Shown here piece after piece: positions 1-5,432 of a stretch of 5,506 nucleotides of DNA. Numbering within the stretch: the first letter of the stretch is position 1; every line of letters begins with the position of its first letter. The translations under genes and the position numbers were made by a program. The notes beneath the pieces were generated by a model. That model was not told where the DNA came from. It saw only the letters and a program-made list of their open reading frames with translations, and ran no database searches. Origin of the DNA: a virus (taxonomy: Monodnaviria; Loebvirae; Hofneiviricota; Faserviricetes; Tubulavirales; Inoviridae); the IMG/VR virus record IMGVR_UViG_2571042056_000001, positions 1 to 5,506 of that record; one strand, 5' to 3'.

Positions 1-168
1 CAGAACTGCCAGATAATAACATTAAATTCCTCTGAGTTGCCATATCAGCAGCTCCCTCCGGCAGAAGATATTGCACTGGTATGGGGAACTGCTTTTACCT
101 CTGTAATCGTCCTTTATTTAGTATCACACTGTATTGGACTCGTTTTAAATATGATAAAGAGAGCCTAA
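1..168 (+). CDS. 3' end of a small hydrophobic ORF truncated by the window start; possible minor coat protein (pVII/pIX-like)
   Basis: Frame 1 is open from position 1 to the TAA at 166-168, giving ...PAEDIALVWGTAFTSVIVLYLVSHCIGLVLNMIKRA*. That is a hydrophobic helix with a basic C-terminus, ending 2 nt before the coat gene ATG, where gVII/gIX sit in Ff-type phages. No in-window ATG start; not on the ORF track. Confidence 0.3.
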   Translation, partial: QNCQIITLNSSELPYQQLPPAEDIALVWGTAFTSVIVLYLVSHCIGLVLNMIKRA

Positions 169-170
169 TT

Positions 171-392
171 ATGAAAAAGACCTTTTTGAAATCAGCTGTT
201 GTTATTGCTTCCGTAGTACCTTTTCTGGCTAATGCAGCAGAGTCTGCCGGAGTGGATTTTACTGCATTGACTAATGCAGTGTCATTCGACAGTGTAATTG
301 TGGCAATTATGTCCGTAGCCGGCATTTTGGTTGGTCTTTATGCCTCCATTGCCGGGGCAAAAACAGTTCTGCGTATGATCCGTGGGGCCTGA
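171..392 (+). CDS. Major coat protein, inovirus pVIII-like (73-aa precursor)
   Basis: The ATG at 171 lies in frame inside track ORF 81..392 and is preceded by AAAGAGAG. Product MKKTFLKSAVVIASVVPFLANA/AESAGVDF... has a signal peptide with an ANA-A cleavage motif, an acidic N-terminus, a hydrophobic core (VIVAIMSVAGILVGLYASIAG) and a basic C-terminus (KTVLRMIRGA), the classic pVIII architecture. The N-terminal extension from ATG 81 is not coat-like. Confidence 0.8.
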   Translation: MKKTFLKSAVVIASVVPFLANAAESAGVDFTALTNAVSFDSVIVAIMSVAGILVGLYASIAGAKTVLRMIRGA

Positions 393-397
393 TAATA

Positions 398-430
398 CGG
401 GCAGGGGAAACCCTGCCTTCAGGAGTTTCT
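398..430 (+). terminator. Terminator-like hairpin downstream of the coat gene
   Basis: GGCAGGG (400-406) pairs with CCCTGCC (411-417) around a GAAA tetraloop, followed by TTCAGGAGTTTCT. Ff-type phages have a terminator after gVIII. The T-tract here is weak, so read-through into gIII is likely. Confidence 0.45.
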
Positions 431-514
431 GTGATATTACATTTCTGGCTAATTACCTGTTTTCTCTGGGGTCTTCTTTGTGCCTGGGCAGTTATAAAAG
501 GATTAGGAGGGTAA

Positions 515-1780
515 ATGAAAACTCTTTTAATTGCATTGTTGTTATCTATCATTAGCTTTTATTCATACAGTGCAGAGAACGCAGCTGTTATTAATCAGAC
601 CATTTCAGGAACCATTAAAAACAAAATTACACAGCGTGGTTTCTCAGCGAATGATCCTCGATACTACGGAACATTAAAAGGTATTTCAGGTTATCTAAAT
701 TCTACCGCTTCAGGTTCGAAAGCTTATACCGTTGCAGGTGTCTCTGGTCGTTCGTGGTTATCAGTTGGACTCAGAGGGGCTTTGTTAAGCCGCGGTACGC
801 TTATAGCTCTTGCCGCTTCCGGTGCGGTGGCATGGCTAATTGAAACTGAGGACTCCGTACAAATCAAAGTAAAAGAAATAACGGGAGAGCAGGGTGTTAA
901 AGGGTTTTACTGGAATATTGGCGCAGAAAGCTATGTTACAGCAACTGAGGGAGCTCAGTCGATATGCCAGCATAATCCGACGTTCTGTCAGACATACATA
1001 GTTGAGCAATATAATGCAGACCCGACAAGGTCTGATTTAAGAACCATCAAATTTTATATTGATTCATCTAAAACACAGCTTTGGGCATCACGAACTGCAA
1101 ACCTTGTTTCCTGCGGTACAAATAAGGTTATGCCTACATGTCAGCCTGATTATGTGCCGGGTAGTAATGAAGTAATTAAAACCGTTAGCGTACAGGATGC
1201 TATTAATAGCATTTCAGATACGGAAATGCAGACAGATCTTTCGCCAGAAGTTATTTCTGATGTTGTGAATAATGCATGGCAAAAAGCAGCCTCCGAAGCA
1301 GGGTATTCTGGTTTTGCATACGACCACACCAGACCAGTGACAGCGCGTGATGTAACTGCTTCAACTGGTGCTGCAAAGCCCGCTGTATCTGACTTTCTCA
1401 AACCGTCAGACAAACCCGATTTTACACTACCTGCTGACACAACAGGGACAACACCAACCAATCCATCGACAGGAGAACAGGTTAATCTTGGTGATGATCC
1501 TGGTATTGGGCCGCCTGAACTGGAAAATATACCTGCAGGTACTGAAATTTTATCTCCATTATTATCATTCAACCCCTTTGAAGATTCAGCCGGTGCACTT
1601 AATGCAGAAAGCGAAAGAATTAAATATGCGGAGTGTCCAAAACCTGTACTGGAGGTTTTTAACGGACAATATAAGTTAGAAACACATTGTACATTACTAA
1701 ATAATAACGCTGCGATGATTGGTGTTATTTTTCTGTTCATTTACTCAATAGCAGCGTTCAGAATTATCCTTTCTGCATAA
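515..1780 (+). CDS. Minor coat / adsorption protein, pIII-like (421 aa)
   Basis: Strong SD (AGGAGGG at 505-511) before ATG 515. N-terminal signal peptide (MKTLLIALLLSIISFYSYSA), cysteine pairs in the N-terminal half (SICQHNPTFCQ; CGTNKVMPTCQ) as in pIII N-domains, a Pro/Thr/Gly-rich linker (TTGTTPTNPSTGEQ...DPGIGPPE) and a C-terminal hydrophobic anchor (AAMIGVIFLFIYSIAAFRIIL). Position between the coat gene and the pVI-like gene matches gIII. Confidence 0.75.
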   Translation: MKTLLIALLLSIISFYSYSAENAAVINQTISGTIKNKITQRGFSANDPRYYGTLKGISGYLNSTASGSKAYTVAGVSGRSWLSVGLRGALLSRGTLIALAASGAVAWLIETEDSVQIKVKEITGEQGVKGFYWNIGAESYVTATEGAQSICQHNPTFCQTYIVEQYNADPTRSDLRTIKFYIDSSKTQLWASRTANLVSCGTNKVMPTCQPDYVPGSNEVIKTVSVQDAINSISDTEMQTDLSPEVISDVVNNAWQKAASEAGYSGFAYDHTRPVTARDVTASTGAAKPAVSDFLKPSDKPDFTLPADTTGTTPTNPSTGEQVNLGDDPGIGPPELENIPAGTEILSPLLSFNPFEDSAGALNAESERIKYAECPKPVLEVFNGQYKLETHCTLLNNNAAMIGVIFLFIYSIAAFRIILSA

Positions 1781-1789
1781 AGGTGATTT

Positions 1790-2077
1790 ATGTTTGGCAT
1801 CATGACCTCTGTTTTATATGGCGTTCTTGGGTTTTTATTGCGCTCAGTTATTGTGAAGTTTACGGTGTTTTTTGCATTGTATTTTATTGTGCAGGAATTC
1901 GTGCCGCTTATTCTCGATATGGTTAATCGCCAACTCCCACTTCTTGCGTTAATTTCAAGTATTCCAGATAGCCTGAAATATTTCTTCTCTGTTTTTAAAG
2001 TTATAGATGGGATTAACATAATACTTTCAGCTTTTGTGACTCGCTTTATTATTCGTCGAATTCCGGTAATAGGATAA
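1790..2077 (+). CDS. Small hydrophobic membrane protein, pVI-like minor coat protein (95 aa)
   Basis: RBS AAGGTGA before ATG 1790. Product is strongly hydrophobic with multiple predicted TM segments and sits between the pIII-like and pI-like genes, 10 nt after the gIII stop. Confidence 0.6.
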   Translation: MFGIMTSVLYGVLGFLLRSVIVKFTVFFALYFIVQEFVPLILDMVNRQLPLLALISSIPDSLKYFFSVFKVIDGINIILSAFVTRFIIRRIPVIG

Positions 2078-2081
2078 TTTT

Positions 2082-3107
2082 ATGGCTGTATCATTGTATA
2101 TGGGTGTGATGGGGAGCGGTAAAACATACGAGGTTGTTTACAGTGTTATTATCCCTGCGGTTTCAGCAGGCCGCCGTGTAATCACCAATATCAAAGGGAT
2201 AAATGAAGAGAAAATACATGAGTATTGTCGTTCTAAATTCAAGACTAAGCAGCCTGGTCGTGTTGTTTTCGCATCGACGGATGAAATATTAAAGGATGAT
2301 TTCTTCCCTTTTTACTCTGATGATGAATCTTCAGAACAAAAAGCAGCATTTTGTGAATATGGTGATCTGATTTGTCTTGATGAATTATGGTCAATATGGC
2401 CATCGGACTCAAAACTATCTGAGGCACATAAAAGATTTATTTCAATGCACCGTCATATGACACATGCTGTTAGTGGGGTATCATGTGATTTGGTCATCAT
2501 CAATCAGGGTGTAGATGGTGTACCCCGGTATCTTAAAGAGCGTATTGAATCGACATACCGGATGACCAAGCTAAAATCTCTGGGGCTATCAAAGTCATAT
2601 CGTGTCGATGTTTTTTCTGGTGCCAAGGTATTCAAAAATAATAAAGTCAGTACTCGTAACTATCAGTACAAAAAAGCCGTTTTTGAATTATACAAATCTT
2701 ATGAAACCACTAACGGAATGGAAGCGACAACAGACTCTAGACAAAACGTTTTTTCATCCGCCTTTCTTTGGGTAAAAATTGCATTTTTATTATTTATTGT
2801 ACTGGCTTCTATATATTCAATAAGAACGGTCTGGGTGGATATTAGAGGTGAGTCAGTACCAGAGCCGAAACATACCGAACCGGAAGTTGTACTGCCTTCA
2901 TCAGCAAAGATTGCGAAACCTGATGCCCCGTACTCAAAGCGCTGGCGTATTGCCGGGGAGTTAAAATCAGATTATGTCAGCAAGGTTGTTCTTACAGACA
3001 GCAATGGTCGGTTTAGAACGCTACCGGCAAATCAGTTCGACGGAGAAGGTTTTACTTTAAGTGGAATCATTGATGGTGAAATTGTCACCTATTTTACTGG
3101 GGGTTAA
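2082..3107 (+). CDS. zot: Zot-family (zonula occludens toxin-like) assembly NTPase, inovirus pI homolog (341 aa)
   Basis: N-terminal Walker A P-loop MGVMGSGKTYEV. GRRVITNIKGIN and ISMHRH closely resemble the GRHIITNVRGLN and FDMHRH segments of CTXphi Zot as I recall them. A Walker B-like hydrophobic-Asp-Glu run (LICLDELW), a single TM segment after the NTPase domain (FLWVKIAFLLFIVLASIYSI) and a C-terminal periplasmic-type tail complete the pI/Zot architecture. RBS AGGA 7 nt before the ATG. Confidence 0.9.
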   Translation: MAVSLYMGVMGSGKTYEVVYSVIIPAVSAGRRVITNIKGINEEKIHEYCRSKFKTKQPGRVVFASTDEILKDDFFPFYSDDESSEQKAAFCEYGDLICLDELWSIWPSDSKLSEAHKRFISMHRHMTHAVSGVSCDLVIINQGVDGVPRYLKERIESTYRMTKLKSLGLSKSYRVDVFSGAKVFKNNKVSTRNYQYKKAVFELYKSYETTNGMEATTDSRQNVFSSAFLWVKIAFLLFIVLASIYSIRTVWVDIRGESVPEPKHTEPEVVLPSSAKIAKPDAPYSKRWRIAGELKSDYVSKVVLTDSNGRFRTLPANQFDGEGFTLSGIIDGEIVTYFTGG

Positions 3108-3108
3108 T

Positions 3109-4320
3109 ATGAAATTATTTTATATCATAATAGTGGTATTTATGATTCCACCTGCATTATCAAAAGGCGTTATACTGAATCTCTCAGGATTAACGCTTAA
3201 TGATGCCATTACTTTGTTTTATACTGAAGTTATGAGAAAACCGTTCATGGTTTCTCCTGAACTTATCACGGACAAACGACAAGTTAATTTCAATATTACG
3301 CCAGATATGGATGAGTATACGTTTATTATGCGTTATCTCCAGAATGCCGGAGTCTCTGTAGCCAGAAAAAATGGTGTGGATTACTTTTATCTCCAGGAGA
3401 AAAAAGTATACGAAGCCCCGAAATATTCTTTTGTTTACACACCACAGTACCGTTCTGTTGCTTATCTGGCTGATATTCTTCAGTCACAAGTGAGCGGGTC
3501 ATTTTCAAATGGTGGGCAAATAGGGAATGGCGATGTTTCTCCTGCGATGATTAAAGACAATACCGCATCCGATTTTTTGAGCAGAAATGGGGATGTACTT
3601 GTTTTTTACGGTACGAAAAAAGACATTCAGCGGGTCGAAGATTTGCTTCCTCTTATCGACCGGGCCGCCGAAGAAGTTATTGTCGCCGGGTACGTGTTTG
3701 AGGTTCAGACGTCTGAGCGAAATGGTTCTGGCCTGGCACTGGCTGCCAAACTTATGTCGGGAAAATTCACAATAGAAACGGGTACTGCACAAGGACTCAG
3801 CAACTTTGTCCGTTTCAGTTCTGGATCGCTCGATGCACTTTATGAGTTGTTCAGAACAGACAGCCGTTTTCACGTCGTCAGTTCGCCACAATTGCGGGTC
3901 AGAAATGGCTCTAAAGCATCATTTTCTGTGGGATCTGACGTGCCGGTACTCGGTCAGGTCAGCTATGTTGATGGTCGTCCGGTTCAGTCCATTGATTATC
4001 GTTCAAGTGGCGTAATTTTTAACGTTCAGCCGCAAATCCGGGCTGCTACGATTGACCTTAATATTCATCAGCAACTGTCTAATTTTGCAAAAACAGAGAC
4101 TGGGGTGAATAACAGCCCGACGCTCATTAAACGGGAGGTGAACACCGATGTTTCGCTCAAGGATGGCGACATAATTTTACTTGGTGGTCTGGCTGAGAAT
4201 AAAGACAGTAATGCAGATACGGGCCTGTCATTTTTGCCGTCATGGTTCGGAACAACGGCAACTGAAAAAGCAAAAACAGACATCATTATTGTACTTCAGG
4301 CCAGAAAAATCAGGCGGTGA
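3109..4320 (+). CDS. Secretin, inovirus pIV-like outer-membrane export channel (403 aa)
   Basis: Start chosen at ATG 3109 (GGGGG RBS at 3099-3103, 1 nt after the pI stop) rather than track start 3061. Signal peptide MKLFYIIIVVFMIPPALS. C-terminal secretin-type region with the conserved-looking DGDIILLGGLAENKDSNADTGLSFLP segment followed by a short basic tail. Confidence 0.8.
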   Translation: MKLFYIIIVVFMIPPALSKGVILNLSGLTLNDAITLFYTEVMRKPFMVSPELITDKRQVNFNITPDMDEYTFIMRYLQNAGVSVARKNGVDYFYLQEKKVYEAPKYSFVYTPQYRSVAYLADILQSQVSGSFSNGGQIGNGDVSPAMIKDNTASDFLSRNGDVLVFYGTKKDIQRVEDLLPLIDRAAEEVIVAGYVFEVQTSERNGSGLALAAKLMSGKFTIETGTAQGLSNFVRFSSGSLDALYELFRTDSRFHVVSSPQLRVRNGSKASFSVGSDVPVLGQVSYVDGRPVQSIDYRSSGVIFNVQPQIRAATIDLNIHQQLSNFAKTETGVNNSPTLIKREVNTDVSLKDGDIILLGGLAENKDSNADTGLSFLPSWFGTTATEKAKTDIIIVLQARKIRR

Positions 4321-4329
4321 GAGCAGGGC

Positions 4330-4361
4330 GGCCAGCCCCGCAGCTCCGTGAGGAGCTGGCC
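4330..4361 (+). promoter_or_regulatory. GC-rich stem-loop just after the secretin gene (terminator, packaging-signal or origin-hairpin candidate)
   Basis: GGCCAGC (4330-4336) is complementary to GCTGGCC (4355-4361), and CAGCTCC (4341-4347) to GGAGCTG (4352-4358) with a GTGA loop; the arms overlap, so alternative foldings exist. Local GC richness contrasts with the AT-rich surroundings. No following T-tract, so not a classic intrinsic terminator. Confidence 0.3.
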
Positions 4362-4410
4362 GTACTGAGACACCGACTGTTGATTGATTGTGTAAATCAT
4401 GAACGGCGTG

Positions 4411-4428
4411 ATTTGCGCATGCGCAAAT
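4411..4428. promoter_or_regulatory. Palindromic operator-like repeat, copy 1 (ATTTGCGCATGCGCAAAT, perfect 18-bp palindrome)
   Basis: Perfect inverted repeat read directly from the sequence, preceded by GTGAT. Ends 27 nt upstream of ATG 4455. Confidence 0.6.
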
Positions 4429-4454
4429 TTCTCGTCAATTCTTATGGGGAATCT

Positions 4455-4769
4455 ATGGCTACAAAGTTGAAGTTTATCCGACTGAAAATTGAAGATGAGT
4501 TAATCCAGCCGGTTAATAATCTGGCAGGCATTCGCGATGAGTTAAAGGCCGACATAGCCAGTGAAATCGTTGAGTGGTATCTGAACCAACGAAAAGCAGG
4601 GCATGTACACATACGGTACTTCTCCAGTCCGAAAGGCTCAGATTATCAGGGGATCTGGTTCCATCCGGATACGATCAAACGAGCGAAACAGCAGGCCGAA
4701 GACGATCAACAACCGTTAAACCGACTGATTTATACGGCTCTGGCCCGTTACTTTGAACAATCGATCTAA
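4455..4769 (+). CDS. Hypothetical protein (104 aa); possible regulatory or partner protein of the downstream HTH gene
   Basis: In-frame ATG at 4455 with GGGGA 4 nt upstream. The longer track ORF (GTG at 4317) would run through the GC hairpin and palindrome copy 1, so the shorter start is preferred; ATG 4419 inside the palindrome is another alternative. Mixed charged, non-hydrophobic product (MATKLKFIRLKIEDEL...RLIYTALARYFEQSI) with no motif I can assign. Confidence 0.5.
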   Translation: MATKLKFIRLKIEDELIQPVNNLAGIRDELKADIASEIVEWYLNQRKAGHVHIRYFSSPKGSDYQGIWFHPDTIKRAKQQAEDDQQPLNRLIYTALARYFEQSI

Positions 4770-4785
4770 CATGCTCAAAGTGATA

Positions 4786-4803
4786 ATTTGTGCATGCGCA
4801 AAT
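4786..4803. promoter_or_regulatory. Palindromic operator-like repeat, copy 2 (ATTTGTGCATGCGCAAAT, one mismatch), abutting a -10-like TGATAAT
   Basis: Same motif as copy 1 with C to T at 4791. Preceded by AAGTGATA, giving a -10-like TGATAAT (4781-4787). Ends 24 nt upstream of ATG 4828. Confidence 0.6.
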
Positions 4804-4827
4804 CCGCATCTGACAGGATGATTAGTT

Positions 4828-5094
4828 ATGCAGCAATTTGATGTGTCTCATCCGGGCGAAATTATTGCCAGAGAGTTGGCTGAGATGGGCATTAGTGTTA
4901 ACCGATTTATCGAAGAAACTGGCATCCAGCCAGCTTTTTTAGAAGGGAAAATGGCGTTAACCGCTGAGCAGGCCGTTCCGATCGTAGCAATAATGGGAAG
5001 CACTCCTGATTTTTGGTTACGTCTTCAGTATGCATATGATCTGCGACAGCAGAAAAATAAAGCAGAAGCAGGCAAATATGACGATCACAGCTGA
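4828..5094 (+). CDS. higA: HigA/XRE-family helix-turn-helix DNA-binding protein (88 aa); antitoxin-like or phage repressor-like
   Basis: Product MQQFDVSHPGEIIARELAEMGISVNRFIEETGIQPAFLEGKMALTAEQAVPIVAIMGSTPDFWLRLQYAYDLRQ... carries the N-terminal HPGE motif, an HTH core and the GSTPxFWLxLQxxYDL signature typical of HigA/VapI-type proteins. RBS AGGA 9 nt upstream. The symbol is a family-level assignment, not proof of antitoxin function. Confidence 0.8.
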   Translation: MQQFDVSHPGEIIARELAEMGISVNRFIEETGIQPAFLEGKMALTAEQAVPIVAIMGSTPDFWLRLQYAYDLRQQKNKAEAGKYDDHS

Positions 5095-5257
5095 AAAAAT
5101 TGAAAAAAGTTTGAAGCAGGTCAGACGTGAACGGGATGCCTGGGAAAACAGCACATCCCGTACAGGCATAAATCAATATAGACTGATGTGTATTCTTGAG
5201 TCCTTACTGGAAGATCTTGGACCAGAAGGCATCGATATCCAGGATGAAATTAAGTAA
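5078..5257 (+). CDS. Small hypothetical protein (59 aa) overlapping the 3' end of the HTH gene
   Basis: ATG 5078 lies in frame inside track ORF 5030..5257 and overlaps the HTH gene by 17 nt, suggesting translational coupling. Charged, helical-looking product (MTITAEKIEKSLKQVRRERDAWEN...). Weak RBS; the track start at 5030 is an alternative. Confidence 0.35.
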   Translation: MTITAEKIEKSLKQVRRERDAWENSTSRTGINQYRLMCILESLLEDLGPEGIDIQDEIK

Positions 5258-5260
5258 GAG

Positions 5261-5276
5261 TTTGCGCATGCGCAAA
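5261..5276. promoter_or_regulatory. Palindromic operator-like repeat, copy 3 (TTTGCGCATGCGCAAA, perfect 16-bp core)
   Basis: Perfect 16-bp palindrome immediately after the 59-aa ORF stop. Ends 23 nt upstream of a GTG (5300) that follows a consensus AGGAGG (5289-5294). Confidence 0.6.
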
Positions 5277-5358
5277 TTGACGGTGCTTAGGAGGTATCGG
5301 TGAAAATATTCAAAATCGACGTCACGTAGGTTCTGCCACAAAATCGAGTTTAAGTGAT

Positions 5359-5374
5359 TTTGCGCATGCGCAAA
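5359..5374. promoter_or_regulatory. Palindromic operator-like repeat, copy 4 (TTTGCGCATGCGCAAA, perfect 16-bp core)
   Basis: Perfect 16-bp palindrome preceded by AAGTGAT, the same upstream flank as copy 2. Ends 32 nt upstream of ATG 5407, which opens a frame running to the window end. Confidence 0.6.
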
Positions 5375-5409
5375 TGTAGTGATAGATCATTTAAGAACGC
5401 GACGAAATG

Positions 5410-5432
5410 CCGGAAATTCTTTCCGGTGTTTT
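5410..5432 (+). terminator. Hairpin followed by a T-run (terminator-like, or a 5' regulatory structure)
   Basis: CCGGAAA (5410-5416) pairs with TTTCCGG (5420-5426) around a TTC loop, then TGTTTT (5427-5432). It overlaps the first codons of the open frame starting at 5407, so its role is ambiguous. Confidence 0.3.

Noticed and set aside
81-392. Track start ATG 81 for the coat protein (103-aa version)
   Set aside because: The N-terminal extension (MGNCFYLCNRPLFSITLYW...) precedes the obvious signal peptide and would overlap the upstream frame-1 ORF. ATG 171 with an upstream purine-rich RBS gives a canonical 73-aa pVIII precursor.
478-514. Sigma70 promoter immediately upstream of the pIII-like gene (TTGTGC ... 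TATAAA)
   Set aside because: Spacing between the candidate -35 and -10 is far too short, and the -10 would sit only ~15 nt from the start codon. Read-through from upstream promoters, as in Ff phages, is more plausible.
95-552. Minus-strand ORFs 95..325 (76 aa) and 307..552 (81 aa)
   Set aside because: Antisense to the well-supported coat gene and the coat-pIII intergenic terminator region. Products are low-complexity with no start or RBS support, and the inovirus module is uniformly + strand.
1150-2019. Minus-strand ORFs 1150..1740 (196 aa) and 1741..2019 (92 aa), and + strand alternative-frame ORF 1368..1679 (103 aa)
   Set aside because: All lie within or antisense to the pIII-like and pVI-like genes, whose products have coherent signal-peptide and TM architecture. 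These are shadow ORFs without independent support.
2245-2427. Minus-strand ORF 2245..2427 (60 aa)
   Set aside because: Antisense within the P-loop domain of the Zot/pI gene; a His/Lys-rich artefact of the complementary frame.
3061-3108. Track start ATG 3061 for the secretin
   Set aside because: It would overlap the last 47 nt of the pI gene and place 16 residues before the signal peptide. ATG 3109 has a GGGGG RBS and begins directly with the signal peptide.
3326-4286. ORFs inside the secretin gene: minus 3326..3508, 3505..3891, 4068..4286 and plus alternative-frame 3587..3775, 3806..4015
   Set aside because: Overlapped entirely by the secretin reading frame, which carries the recognisable secretin C-terminal domain. 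No independent start signals.
4455-5094. Classical higB-higA toxin-antitoxin operon
   Set aside because: The upstream 104-aa protein shows no RelE/HigB-like features that I can recognise, and the two genes are separated by an operator-containing gap rather than being tightly coupled. Kept as an open hypothesis in the findings rather than called as a feature.
4574-5176. Plus alternative-frame ORF 4574..4756 and minus-strand ORF 4907..5176
   Set aside because: Embedded in or antisense to the 104-aa and HigA-like genes; low-complexity products with no RBS support.
4411-5374. Palindromic repeats as a CRISPR array
   Set aside because: Only four copies, irregular spacing (about 375, 474 and 98 bp), and the repeat is a perfect palindrome located in promoter-like positions. 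No CRISPR-like regular repeat-spacer periodicity.
4411-5374. Palindromes as XerCD dif-like attachment sites (TGCGCAT resembles part of the XerC arm of dif)
   Set aside because: The similarity is limited to a short GC core. There is no dif-type asymmetric arrangement of a central region with a distinct XerD arm (TTATGTTAAAT-like); the motif is a symmetric palindrome more typical of a repressor operator.
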